Origin: an uncultured virus (IMG/VR IMGVR_UViG_2061766007_003336)
Lineage: Duplodnaviria; Heunggongvirae; Uroviricota; Caudoviricetes
Virus record (IMG/VR): IMGVR_UViG_2061766007_003336
DNA: 64,000 nt
Direction: 5' to 3' (one strand)
This document shows, piece after piece, positions 19,477-29,900 of the stretch; the first letter of the stretch is position 1, and each line of letters starts with the position of its first letter. Below the pieces are notes generated by a model. That model saw only the letters and a program-made list of their open reading frames with translations, was not told where the DNA came from and ran no database searches. The translations under genes and the position numbers were made by a program.

Positions 19477-21171
19477 TCAATAATATTTGTTCTTTGTTGC
19501 AGCTTCATCTTCGCTGTCCCAGAAGTCGCTGATACTGAAACCTTTACTGTCATCGTCATCATCAATGTGGTAATCGGGTTTTCCGGACCGCTCTTCAGGC
19601 ACAGCAGGATCGCGCAGTATTTCCGGAGGCGTTTCACTTGGAACTCCCCTCGACGCTGCCCCGGAGGCCCGTGAACGCGCCGTTGAGGCCTCAAATTCGG
19701 ATTCCAGATCGGCATCCTTCCCTTTTACGTGGTCCCAGTCAGGCTCAGCATCCTCCTGCCCGAGTCCAAGGTCAGGTTCAGGATCGTCATGCGTCCCCGG
19801 CTCAGGCTCCTGAACGGATTCGTCCGATGTTTCAGGTTCAGGAACAGACTTCTCTCCGGTTTCCGTACCGCCGTATCCGTCATTGTAGTCTTCATCATCA
19901 TCTTCATTGTCGCTGTCACTCCGGCCCCATCCCATAGGGTTAATTGCAGCATCTTCCTCAGTATCCGCAGCAGGTTCGTCTGCGCTGTCTTCAGTGTCGT
20001 CTCCCGCTTCAGGGTCAGGTACAGGATAATACCTGCCGTCTCCAGTCTTTCCAGGAGCCTTATCAGTGTAGTCTTCAATTTCAGGATCAGGTACAGGGTA
20101 GTACCTGCCGCCTTCATCAGGCACGATAACTGAGGGTGCTCCGCAGCAGTATATCGCCGTGAACGGAGGTAGATACTCATCGCCTTCAAAACACGGCAGA
20201 AGAGGCGTGCTGAAGGAAGACGAATAATAAGGCTGTGACGTGATAACGCAGAGAACGCCGGAATGTGACCTGCACCTGTCGCAGTCGTCGCACTCCTTAG
20301 CCCCGCACAGGATCTGAGTAATGAGCCCCGGCGTGACGTTTCCTTCAGGAGCCAGAGCCGAAATGATTTCAAGAAGAACGGCTGAAGTCAGGAACAGCGC
20401 AAGATTACGTTTGTCCCCTGCAGTTTCATCAGGTATGGTGAAAATGAGCTCACGCAGACCGCTTATTACAGGAACTGCCGAATTGCTTTCTCCGTAGATG
20501 TCGAGGATCTGACTGTCGAGTACCGTGCTGTCGCCGTAAACGATATCGGAACCGTGTCCTTCAGTAAGAGCTGCTGCTGCGTAATCTGCTGCCGCCTCAA
20601 GCTCTACGATAACAAGTTCCTGAAGCTGGTCCCCGGTAAGATCGAGACCCGCAGTTGATTTGGTCGTCGAGTAACGTCTGTCTATCAGGAAGGACAAGGC
20701 GTTGATAACGGACACTACTGCTTCTGCATGTGCTGCAGTATCATCGAAAGGAGCTAAAGTGCGCTTTTCACCCGGACCCATATTTATCAGAGTCTCGAGG
20801 AGGTAATCAAGAAGCACCTTCTTACCGTCAGACACAGCAGACCCCAGCTGATAATAAATCAGGCGCATAGCGCAGAAAAACAAGGCATGGGTCAAGCCTG
20901 AAATATCGTAGGGAGCACTGAAGGCAGGCCTCATACGATTTGACCTTAAAGTTTTCAGGTAAATGCCGTAGCTGTTGCCTGAAAGAATAAAGGCAAATAA
21001 CGGCTTCAGGAGCTCGTGGTCGAGCTGCCAGCAGCCCTGGGGTACCGGAGCGAAGTAGTCGGGGTAGAGAAAAACGTCTTCAGGATGCGCCCGACAGCCC
21101 CTCTGCGTACCGTTCGCCTCAGCAGTAAGCCCGGCGTTCTTGCCGTTGAAATCATTGCGGTTCATGGTCAT
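19477..21171 (-). CDS. hypothetical protein with highly acidic disordered C-terminal half
   Basis: GGAGG SD before MTMNRNDF; CDDCDRC motif; duplicated GRYYPVPDPE; stop codon supplied by the IS left end. Confidence 0.8.
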   Translation of the reverse strand: MTMNRNDFNGKNAGLTAEANGTQRGCRAHPEDVFLYPDYFAPVPQGCWQLDHELLKPLFAFILSGNSYGIYLKTLRSNRMRPAFSAPYDISGLTHALFFCAMRLIYYQLGSAVSDGKKVLLDYLLETLINMGPGEKRTLAPFDDTAAHAEAVVSVINALSFLIDRRYSTTKSTAGLDLTGDQLQELVIVELEAAADYAAAALTEGHGSDIVYGDSTVLDSQILDIYGESNSAVPVISGLRELIFTIPDETAGDKRNLALFLTSAVLLEIISALAPEGNVTPGLITQILCGAKECDDCDRCRSHSGVLCVITSQPYYSSSFSTPLLPCFEGDEYLPPFTAIYCCGAPSVIVPDEGGRYYPVPDPEIEDYTDKAPGKTGDGRYYPVPDPEAGDDTEDSADEPAADTEEDAAINPMGWGRSDSDNEDDDEDYNDGYGGTETGEKSVPEPETSDESVQEPEPGTHDDPEPDLGLGQEDAEPDWDHVKGKDADLESEFEASTARSRASGAASRGVPSETPPEILRDPAVPEERSGKPDYHIDDDDDSKGFSISDFWDSEDEAATKNKYY

Positions 21172-21239
21172 TTCCTCCGTTGTTGACGAACATGTTCGGA
21201 CTGACCCTATCATGCCGGAAAACAGTGTCAAGAAAACCG

Positions 21240-22620
21240 GGCAAAAAATTTCACGTCCGGTGAACGGGAGGCGGATAAGGCTTGAGGCGGCGGCTCACAA
21301 CACCTGCGCACACGGTAAGGAAATTGCCGCTGTCGTCGACGGAAACGGTCAAAAAATCGAAAAATAGCATCATAGGCGAGTCGATACACTCGAAAGTCAA
21401 ATTTTTTGATTGTGAGTAAAAATTGGCAGCGACAGACGCTATTTTGAGCACAGTCGGGTTTGCAAAATCGAAAAATCAGGCGGATCAAGGGTGTGAAAAA
21501 TGCCGGGAACAAGGCTGATTTTACAGAGAATTTGAAAACGAGATAATTTTGCAATTTACTATCCAAAGATAAAATTAACAAAGTTACTTTTACGTTTGGA
21601 AATTGTTTAACACGGAATGAAAAGTACCCCGAAAAGCAACATATAATGGGCTAAGGAATAAGGTTCGCCGGTGTTGAGGCCGGCTCTGAAGATTTTTCGA
21701 GGTGTTTTTTGATAATTGCTTAATAAAAACAGTGGGTTACAGAAATTTTTCGACCAAAATCGAAAAATGGTCGAAAATCGAAAAAATGCCGATGACAAAA
21801 AGTGTCATCGACTTTTCTCAATGATTTCAGGGAGATGACATTTTCCGATGACAAAAATGACAAAACTTTGTCATCGAAATTTGGCAATGATTTCATAGGG
21901 TTAGATAGGCTAAAGGGCAAAAAATGACAGAAAAGACCTCAAAAGTTTTTATAGAATGTGTATTTTCTCTCTCCCTCTCCCTCTCTTTTATTTTACATTA
22001 TATATTTCTTTAATCTAAATTAGAGTGTTTTTCTCTCCCACAAGTGTATGAAAAAAAAAGGAAAAAATGTACTAAAAGTGTATTTAAGCTATTGGATTTG
22101 TTGCGATTTTTCGATGACAAAATTTTGTCATTTTTGTCATCGCTTTTTCGCAACCTCCTGAAATTATTACACCCACCGATGACAAAACGATGACACAATT
22201 TTTTTTAACCATTTTGTATTACTTTTTATCGTTCTAACTGACAACTAACGGAAATCATTGCCGGTTTATCGCAATGACACTTTATAGGCTAATTACATTA
22301 GTTCAAGGAAACCGGTGGAAAACGCTAGTCTATCTGATAAATTTTGTTAAGCGAATTTACCGACCAATTTAAATATTTGGTCGAAAACTATAGTTTCGGT
22401 TAGGGAAAGCTGACTATTTTTGACCCAAATCTGGTCAAATTTTATTGGTTTGGTCTTCGAACGTATTTTTGGTCGGTTTTTTCCGAGTCGACTAACCCGT
22501 CATATGAGCACTTCATGTTCCTGATAAAAAACAGTCTTACATTTATTATAGGATGACACTACTAACTGCTAGGTGAAACTATACCAACCTCTCGGTAGGC
22601 TGCATCGAATCTGCATTTGA
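21240..22620. other. long AT-rich non-coding region, putative replication origin
   Basis: No credible ORF; repeated CGATGACA/TGTCATCG and AAAATCGAAAAA; AT/pyrimidine-rich core 21950-22080. Confidence 0.6.
21790..22196. repeat. symmetric array of CGATGACA iteron-like repeats with 34-bp inverted repeat arms
   Basis: CGATGACA-AAAAG-TGTCATCG at 21790-21810; 21846-21879 is the reverse complement of 22109-22142 with one mismatch; tandem copies at 22177-22196. Confidence 0.9.
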
Positions 22621-22624
22621 TGTG

Positions 22625-22672
22625 AAAAAAAAGTCCGCAGGAGGTGATTTTGATTTTCATCTCCATGCGGAC
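22625..22672 (-). terminator. intrinsic terminator for the minus-strand cluster
   Basis: GTCCGCA-GGAG...CTCC-ATGCGGAC stem with A run on the left (U tract on minus strand). Confidence 0.65.
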
Positions 22673-22682
22673 CGTTTTTCAG

Positions 22683-23054
22683 TTATTTTTTGTCTTCTGT
22701 GCCTGATTGTCTTTTCTGTTTTTCAGAGTACGTACTTACCGGTATCCTGTCAATCGACTCAGCAGCTGTCTGGGAGACCGTGAAAGCCTCCTGAATGTCG
22801 AAAAGAGTAATCATTTCAACATCTATAGATACCAGGCACGCTTTCTCCTTATTTTTAGGCACTCCGAGAACCGCTAGTTCCTCCAGCCCGGTTACACCCA
22901 CCCAGTAGCTGATTTTCCTGGCATTTTTCAGCGTTACGCATCCTTTACCTGCCTCGTCCGCTACCGGTACACCGTACCACACGCCGTTTTTGGTGTGGAC
23001 AAGGTATTTCCCGGACCGCGTGCGATCCAGTGCTCTTTTCCTAATAATTTCCAT
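22683..23054 (-). CDS. DUF6948-like (Sm-like fold) phage protein
   Basis: YLVHTKNGVWYG...VTLKNARKISYWVGVTGLEELAVLGV pattern; GAGGAGG SD before MEIIRK. Confidence 0.65.
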   Translation of the reverse strand: MEIIRKRALDRTRSGKYLVHTKNGVWYGVPVADEAGKGCVTLKNARKISYWVGVTGLEELAVLGVPKNKEKACLVSIDVEMITLFDIQEAFTVSQTAAESIDRIPVSTYSEKQKRQSGTEDKK

Positions 23055-23592
23055 CGTTATCCTCCTCGTTTTTTGCAATGTGATCTGCAATACGCCCGTA
23101 CTGCATGACAAGACCTGTGATAGTTCTGCCTGCGGATCTTACCTGTTTTTTCCACAGGTTTTCAGCTCTTTTCTTAGTGGACTTCTGAAACAGGATTTCT
23201 ACCATACTTGCAGTTTGCATCTGGAGCTCGTTACCTTTTTTAAGTAAGGCTTTAGCTGTGTCTACTGCAAGCAGTTTTGAGGTGGCATCAGTCTCAAAGT
23301 CTCTGGCGATAGACCATGTTAAAGCCAGTGAATAGCTCATAGCACCTGACGATGAAATCAGCTTAGCCGCCTTGATTTTCTCCTTTTCAGGAAGTCCTGA
23401 CCAGAGCCACTCACCGCTTTCCGTGAATGAGAACTCGTCAATAAGCAGCTCATAGCAGTCAGAGAAGGCTGCTATTATCTCTCCTGAGTCGTACTCCAGA
23501 CGGGTTACCGGAAATCCTGCCTCATTGGTCGTGAACTTAAGGATAAGGAAACCCTTAGGAGTGAGACCAAGATTAAATTCTTTTTTCTTCAT
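23041..23592 (-). CDS. hypothetical protein (paralog of 50036-50452)
   Basis: shares GFP, W..AR and ALLKKGNEL/AILKQANDI motifs. Confidence 0.75.
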   Translation of the reverse strand: MKKKEFNLGLTPKGFLILKFTTNEAGFPVTRLEYDSGEIIAAFSDCYELLIDEFSFTESGEWLWSGLPEKEKIKAAKLISSSGAMSYSLALTWSIARDFETDATSKLLAVDTAKALLKKGNELQMQTASMVEILFQKSTKKRAENLWKKQVRSAGRTITGLVMQYGRIADHIAKNEEDNDGNY

Positions 23593-23595
23593 GGC

Positions 23596-24144
23596 TTACT
23601 CCTCAGGATTTGTTTGTTTCATAAAGCGTACCCTGAGTTCTTGTGCTGCATACAGCGGTATGACGAAATCAGGGTCTTCCCAGAAGTCGTCACCTTCGGC
23701 ATCCCAGCCAACATAGTTTTCAGGCAGGCGGATAGAACCGTGAAGACGCTGGTCGTCAAGCCAGTCGCAGAATACCTTGTCCGAAGGCCTGACAACTTCT
23801 TCCCTTAGGAGTTTGCACCAGGCGACACCTGAGACTTCAGGCACGTGATGGTATTTCATCTGATCTTCGGGACGCCAGTTGTTTACATCAACCGTAAGAA
23901 CATACTCCAGATCTCCGTATTCTTTACCCGGTCCTGCGTCAGGGCAGGCTGTCTGCGTAATAAATTTCTGGAGTGTCACTACAGGGTTTTTACTCTCCTT
24001 TTTGTCATCAACATTCTTACGGAGGAGCCAGAGATCGACAGGGTACCTTTGTTTCAGGACTTCAAACTGTTCGAGGGCTGCAAGCAGCCTTTTCGTTGAA
24101 AGTTTTTCGTTAGTCATGTTTCCCTCCTTAGTCCATGGCTTCAC
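23596..24144 (-). CDS. hypothetical protein, YPVDxxLL family
   Basis: LKQRYPVDLWLL; likely start at MTNEK after GGAGGG. Confidence 0.75.
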   Translation of the reverse strand: MKPWTKEGNMTNEKLSTKRLLAALEQFEVLKQRYPVDLWLLRKNVDDKKESKNPVVTLQKFITQTACPDAGPGKEYGDLEYVLTVDVNNWRPEDQMKYHHVPEVSGVAWCKLLREEVVRPSDKVFCDWLDDQRLHGSIRLPENYVGWDAEGDDFWEDPDFVIPLYAAQELRVRFMKQTNPEE

Positions 24145-24676
24145 GTTCTTGCCTGAGCCGTGTCAGTTCAAGCTCGGCTTTCCGGATTTCTTCGTCCTTA
24201 GCTTTTTTTACCGTATCCGGTGTAACTGACTGTTTACGGGAATCAGCCAGGAGCGGATCGTAGACTGCAAGACGCAGAAGCTTGTCTCTTACGCGGTCGG
24301 ACGCATGTTTTTTGATACGTTCGATTGCAGTTATATCAGCTTCACTGAGTTCGCCGGAGTTTTTTCCCTGTATCAGAGCGTTGTCCAGATTATCAAGAAA
24401 ATTGTTGTGTACTACGGCATAGTGAAAAAGGGCATCCAGGTTTGCCTCGGGAATACCGAGTATTATCGAATAGGAGGGAGCCAAACACCTGACCATTTTA
24501 AGATCAATAGTGTCTGTTACTGTAGGGTTGTACAGGACAAAATCTTTGATCTGGTAATCGTTGAAACATACCTGGCCGGTATTTTTCATTTCCAGAAACA
24601 TTTCACTGCGGCCGTGTTCAGGAATATCCGGACACAGGACTATTTTCATAAGGTTAAGCTTTTTTATCGGTTCCAT
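24128..24676 (-). CDS. hypothetical protein
   Basis: AGGAG SD; 182 aa. Confidence 0.75.
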   Translation of the reverse strand: MEPIKKLNLMKIVLCPDIPEHGRSEMFLEMKNTGQVCFNDYQIKDFVLYNPTVTDTIDLKMVRCLAPSYSIILGIPEANLDALFHYAVVHNNFLDNLDNALIQGKNSGELSEADITAIERIKKHASDRVRDKLLRLAVYDPLLADSRKQSVTPDTVKKAKDEEIRKAELELTRLRQEREAMD

Positions 24677-24685
24677 GTTTAACTC

Positions 24686-25636
24686 CTAGTAAATAATATG
24701 GTTTGTATTCCATGAAAGACTGATCTTTCCGTTTACCAGACATTTAACGGTATGGACACGCCGGCTGGTAAAGTCATTTTCACATATCTGCTCGCTGACT
24801 TTGCTGTCAATATTCCAGTTGACAATAACCGGTGTGGCCGTCGGGATCAGATAGTAGTTTACGAATCCCAGAGCCTCTTCATTATGAATTACTGTAATAT
24901 CGGGAGCGTAGGTTCTGATCAGAAGTGTAAACAGATCTTCATATTCCCAGTCCTCCATAAACATTTTGTCTGCTTCAGGATTATTAACCGGGTTTACGGA
25001 AAAACCGTCTTTCCGTATGATGTTGCTGACCCTGATCTCGTCGCACACGTCGGATATTTTACGGAGAAACGCCGTGAGTTCTGGCAGTGTGTCATGGTTG
25101 CCTTTCCATACATTGGTGTTTATCCGCATTTTCTGTATTCCCGGCGTCGTATCGTGCATAAACTGCCCTCTAATGCTCATAAGATCTTTGTAAGTCAGAA
25201 ACTGTCCGTCTCTGTGATAGGAGATGTTTAGAAAATCTATTCCGGCATTGATCATATCCGTAAGCAGCTGAGGAGACTCCTTAAGCCTGATTCCGTTGGT
25301 GGTTATTCCGACCCTGCGGAGTTTAATGTCGTCTTTCAGAAACCGTATCAGCTCCAGCAGGTCAGGATACAGTGTGGGTTCACCGCCGAGAATGACTGCT
25401 TCCTTGATGCCGAGATCGCCGACTGCTTTTGAGATATTTTTTTCTGCTTCTTCGAGCGGCATATTAAGACTGCCGTCCGTGTTGGAGTTGATGCAGTAAG
25501 GGCATTTCATCTGACAGGCGTTGGTAGTTACTACTGACAGGTACAGGTTGTCAGATACGAAAGCGTCCAGCTTCTCGTTATAAGGGTAGTTGCATTTACG
25601 CAACACTTCCAGTGAATCATTTGCGATCAGTTTCAT
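24686..25636 (-). CDS. radical SAM protein
   Basis: CQMKCPYC (CxxxCxxC), GGEPTL, TTNG, NISYH; GGAGG SD before MKLIAN. Confidence 0.9.
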   Translation of the reverse strand: MKLIANDSLEVLRKCNYPYNEKLDAFVSDNLYLSVVTTNACQMKCPYCINSNTDGSLNMPLEEAEKNISKAVGDLGIKEAVILGGEPTLYPDLLELIRFLKDDIKLRRVGITTNGIRLKESPQLLTDMINAGIDFLNISYHRDGQFLTYKDLMSIRGQFMHDTTPGIQKMRINTNVWKGNHDTLPELTAFLRKISDVCDEIRVSNIIRKDGFSVNPVNNPEADKMFMEDWEYEDLFTLLIRTYAPDITVIHNEEALGFVNYYLIPTATPVIVNWNIDSKVSEQICENDFTSRRVHTVKCLVNGKISLSWNTNHIIY

Positions 25637-26049
25637 TTCTGCCTCCATGCGCATTCTTTTTTAGTACAATCCCGGCATGACGCCCCGGGATTGCTTGCGA
25701 TCTTTCTGATTTCCCGCCACGTCAGGTTTACTACGGCTTTCAATGCGGCTATCCGCATAGCGTGCTGCGTTTTTGAGACAGCGAAGACCGGCGGCTCTTT
25801 GTCGATCATAATTTTTTCTGTAAGGCTTCCTGCCTCACAGATAAGGTCGTCGATACGGTCCAGATCACAATCTGTTAGGTGTCTGCTGCGTCCGTTCTTA
25901 AATGCACTCTGATCAAGCATGTTGACAGTGACTTCACTTCCGTTAAGCTCATTGTCGTCACATCCGAGTTCAAAGAATCCTTTGTCGTTTACCCGGATGT
26001 AGACCGGGTGTTTGGAACCTTTCGGGGTACCGAGAATCAATTTGTTCAT
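25633..26049 (-). CDS. hypothetical protein with C-terminal Cys cluster
   Basis: GGAGGAG SD before MNKLIL; CRDCTKKEC. Confidence 0.7.
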   Translation of the reverse strand: MNKLILGTPKGSKHPVYIRVNDKGFFELGCDDNELNGSEVTVNMLDQSAFKNGRSRHLTDCDLDRIDDLICEAGSLTEKIMIDKEPPVFAVSKTQHAMRIAALKAVVNLTWREIRKIASNPGASCRDCTKKECAWRQK

Positions 26050-26098
26050 GTTCTCCTCCATGAAGAATAAATAATAAAAGATGGGAGCGGACATGCTC

Positions 26099-26115
26099 CT
26101 TCAAATATTTATGAC
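26099..26115 (-). promoter_or_regulatory. putative phage-specific promoter motif
   Basis: GTCATAAATATTTGAAG on minus strand, just after a terminator. Confidence 0.45.
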
Positions 26116-26142
26116 AATTTTTATTGCAGTAAAACCAGAATT

Positions 26143-26198
26143 AAAAAAAATAAAAAAAGAAAATGGAGAGAGGTGAGGGGGGTTTCACCCCCCCCCTT
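26143..26198 (-). terminator. intrinsic terminator
   Basis: GGGGGGG-TTTCA-CCCCCCC hairpin with long A tracts to the left. Confidence 0.55.
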
Positions 26199-26555
26199 CT
26201 AAAAGACAGTGCCCTGGTTTCCCACCAGGCACACTAGGTCATGGCAGGCGTACTTTGACGCCCACACGAGCACGCCGTCCCGTCTAAGGGTGGCTGCCTC
26301 TGAGCACCACCCCCACGGGTCGTCACATCCGCCCTGGATGTTAGTCCAGAAGCGGTCATACTTGATCTTTTTACCCCTCATAATGCTCTGAAGGGCTTTG
26401 GCCTGATCCTTATCAGGCAGGTACTCCTTCAGGTACCCGCTTTCGTGTACCAGCGCTACCGGCTGGCAAATCACGATTTTCTCGTACCTATTAAGGCACG
26501 GGAACGCCTTCATCATTTTTGGAGTTATTATGAACTCCATTTTAATTTTTAACAT
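26199..26555 (-). CDS. hypothetical protein
   Basis: AGGAGGG SD; 118 aa. Confidence 0.7.
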   Translation of the reverse strand: MLKIKMEFIITPKMMKAFPCLNRYEKIVICQPVALVHESGYLKEYLPDKDQAKALQSIMRGKKIKYDRFWTNIQGGCDDPWGWCSEAATLRRDGVLVWASKYACHDLVCLVGNQGTVF

Positions 26556-26574
26556 AATCCCTCCTTTTCAAATA

Positions 26575-26730
26575 CTACCACGGCATCCAGGCATCCGCCT
26601 GGGCCGCTGCCGTGGTTGAATTAAAGTTCTCTGCAGCCGCTGCCACTGCAGCTGCCGCAGCCAAGTGCTCCGGAGTCGGATCCGACTCCGCGAGTCTTTT
26701 CACGAGTTCAATAATCTCTTTTGTAAACAT
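26575..26730 (-). CDS. 51-aa Ala-rich peptide (below ORF track cut-off)
   Basis: GGAGG SD; MFTKEIIELVKRLAESDPTPEHLAAAAAVAAAAENFNSTTAAAQADAWMPW*. Confidence 0.6.
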   Translation of the reverse strand: MFTKEIIELVKRLAESDPTPEHLAAAAAVAAAAENFNSTTAAAQADAWMPW

Positions 26731-26761
26731 AATTTCCTCCAATATAAAAGTTAGTAAACGA

Positions 26762-26778
26762 CTTCAAATTTTTATAAC
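26762..26778 (-). promoter_or_regulatory. putative phage-specific promoter motif
   Basis: GTTATAAAAATTTGAAG on minus strand at the head of the cluster. Confidence 0.45.
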
Positions 26779-26852
26779 GGAGATTTGAAAATATTTTGAC
26801 AGTTTTAACCTAAGCCCACGCTATCGTTAACAGGTATATCTATCTGCGAAAA

Positions 26853-26880
26853 TTGACCTGTCCTCCCTTTGAAGTAGAAT
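26853..26880 (+). promoter_or_regulatory. sigma70-like promoter
   Basis: TTGACC-N16-TAGAAT upstream of 26918. Confidence 0.55.
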
Positions 26881-26917
26881 CACTTCCGGCACTTTTACGC
26901 TTGAATGGAGGAACGCC

Positions 26918-29900
26918 ATGCTGTACAGCCATATAAGATTTATGATTGCCGATGTCGAGATGCCGGTATCGGGACCAATTTACGTATCAGGAGGAATGCT
27001 GCAGACAAGACTTTCATTTATCCTGTCCGGGGACGACAAGAGTCTGTACTACGCATCACCTCTGGCCCGAGTCAAATACGAGCGCGTTCCCGTCAAGCTT
27101 CTGGGGTCAAAACCGCAGGCCAGCGTTGCTGACGATGAAAACGGCGGAATAGGCAATTATATCGTGATCTTTGAAGGTGCTGCTGACATGCAGATAAGTT
27201 TTTCGCAGAGCACACGGCAGCTTGATATAGCCGTTCAAGCTGTACCGCTGTCCGTAAAAGCGCTTGACAGCATCATTTATTCAATGCTTTCAATAGGCTC
27301 AGTCACGTCAAACGTAAATCAGGCTGCAAGAACGGCTTACGAGAAGAAGATCAGTGAGGGTAATGCAGAAAAGGTCGTTGTAACCGCCGGAGGCGGCTCT
27401 CCGCACAGTGCAAACTCGATTCTTTTCCTGAAAAAGCTCGTTACAGGCGGATCGCCGGCCGATATACTCAGACCGACCGACATGATCGAGTATGCCATAA
27501 ATAATATTCTCGGCTATGCAGGGTCAAACGTGCTTAGTGAAGAGAAAATTGTTCCGTTTGTTTCTCCTGACGAGAGTTTTAAATGGCTGGACGGCGGAAA
27601 CGGGGCCGGGTCGCTGCCGGAGTATATTCTGAGCACAATGATCGGAGAGCCTGTAGCGACAGCAGAAGACGGAAGTGTGCTTTTCAAGGAGGGTTCACCA
27701 GGGATACAGTACGGTGTTCTTGCGGATGAGTTCCTGTGCAGGTCAGTAATGGTGCAGCAGAGTATGAGTACTGCTTCCAGCCAGAGCAAATATGCCGGGG
27801 CTTCCGAAGCTCCTGTCCTTACTGATGCTGCTTCCAATGAAGTTACTGACGACGTAGTCCAGTACCTGAAAAAAGACAAATACTGGTTTCCGGCTACAGG
27901 TGTTACGCTTAACGGTGTTCAGACCTCAGTTTCGGAGTTGATAAAAACGTCCAGAACTTCTGTTGCAGAACTCAAAACCTCAGACAAACTCCCGTTATGT
28001 CTTAAAACCATTATTGAAAGGCGTGTTCTTGCGTGTGATGATCTTACCGGACAGGTTTTAAGGACAATACCTGAAGCGTTCGGTCTTTTGAACGGTATGA
28101 TGAAGTGTTTTCTGTCGGTTTTCAGATTTTTTGTTTTCACCGATAATAAAAAATCAGACAGCTGGACACTTTTTGACTTAATTTATACGAACGTGAACGT
28201 TATTTCCAAAACCAACCCGGAAGCAGGATCTTTTGCCGGTGTTTTGCAGCAGCTGCTTGTCTCGGGATTCAACGGAACCAATGTTTCCGGAGGAGATCTG
28301 TGCGGAAGGATGTTCGACGTGTTCCAAGAGACCATCGGAGGCCTGTCAAGCGCCCTGCCAAGTGTCAGCGACTGGAAGCAGTATACAAATTCGGGTATTA
28401 CGACAGCAGAAGCTGACCCGTGGATACTGGCCGCACGCGACCTTACGGCTGCGGCTGTTTCTGAGGCGCTCCAGGTTCTGGAAACAGCTGTTTCCTATCT
28501 TCCTTCAGGGGAGTATCTGGTAGGACCGTGTTATCTGAACCTGTTCAGAGCACCGAAACATAATACCGAATCAGATAAGATTATACCGTCACTTAATACA
28601 ATAGCCGGATGGATGGTAACGTTGTATGACGGCTACAGAAAAAAAGGTCTTCTTGAAACAGACAAAAACACCGCCGAATACCCGGAATCTACCAGGTTCG
28701 ATATTCAGGCTGTACGAAGTATTGCCGGAAGTGCAGCCTACAACAGAGTAGCTGCTCCCGGATTTTTACGGCAGCCCGGAGACAATCCGCCGAAGCGTAA
28801 ATTTGTGTACCCTCACATGGCTGTTGCAGCTTACGATGAGTTTAAGCAGCTGGTCTCTTCGCTTGCGCTGGCAGACACTACCATGAAAGTATCCCTGCGG
28901 AGTCTGCTCGTGGCATTGTACGACAAGCTTAACCTGTCGCTGGCCACACCGTTGAATAAACCGATATGTACTCAGGAAGACAAACAGATTTCATGTGATA
29001 AAGTGGCCGTCGATCCTGCAAGATCTCTGGCTGAGATCCTCATTCTTCCTAATCACGAACTTCAGGTAGTGCCGAAGTGCAATGTTTTTGCGGTAGACAT
29101 GCGCTACGGAGCGCAGCTCCAGTATTCAGAACAGAGCAACCTGTCCCGTCTGCTGGTAAGATATACTCCGCCCGTTGATCTTGTAGGAGGCGACGCTTCT
29201 TCAGTTCCGTCTCAGGTTTTTGCCTTCGACCTGACTGACCCCGGAGCAGACATGCGTCAGGTAAGCCCTTCGACTCTTGAGGAATATAACAATGCAAGAC
29301 GTATTTCCAGAGGATCAGCTTCCTATACTGCAGGCTATACCAATGGGGCTTTATATAACTTAGAACGAACCGAGATCGTAGACGTAAGCCATGATGTAGC
29401 TGCGCTTGCGCAGCTGTGCCGGTCAATGACCGATGTCGGCGATGCTGTGAAAAAACCGGATCTTGCACCAAGAAACACCGCTGCCATTGAGGCAGCTCTT
29501 GATACCACGCAGGCATCTTTTCCTGACACCATCACCATTAAGGCTTATACGCCCAAGACCATCGGGGAACAGCCTAAAGAGGAAAAACTAAGCTACAAAT
29601 TATCAGGAAACACAGCCTCTTATCTGGACGTAGTGTCAGCTTCAAAAAACAGTAAGGTGGAGACTGTGCTGAATACCTACTCGGCAGCAGCCGCTCTGAT
29701 AGTGCTTAATTCTGTTCTAATGACACCGGAGCTCAGGAATCTGAAAACAACAGGCAGTGCTGAAGCTGCGGTCGCCCAGTGGTTTCAAAACCAGCTTATG
29801 GCAGGGCATAAGCAAGAAGGTGTAACCGAGCTGTCTGATATCGAGCTGTCTTTCGCAGCTGTTGCAGGACGTTACGCTGTTGAGTTTTTACGGTCCGGGT

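Larger units (their letters stand above)
18150..19479 (-). mobile_element. tnpB-only IS200/IS605-family element (IS1341-like, non-autonomous)
   Basis: Left-end hairpin CCCCCTAC-TTCA-GTAGGGGG (19441-19460) 19 nt inside a TTAT target; right-end hairpin CCCGTGAC-TGAA-GTCGTGGG ending in TCAG; lower GC than flanks; no tnpA. Confidence 0.85.

Noticed and set aside
19476..19480. TTGAT (ISDra2-type) as the IS target motif
   Set aside because: Present by overlap, but TTAT fits the guide tetranucleotide, the 19-nt spacing and restores a clean stop in the empty site; not fully excluded
21790..22196. CRISPR array
   Set aside because: Repeats are 7-8 bp, in both orientations, with irregular spacing and no unique 30-40 bp spacers; no cas genes (TnpB is IS-associated)
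21140..22198. Short ORFs in the AT-rich region (21228-21581, 21607-21798, 21720-21920, 22010-22198)
   Set aside because: No RBS, Phe/Lys-biased translations caused by A/T tracts and repeats
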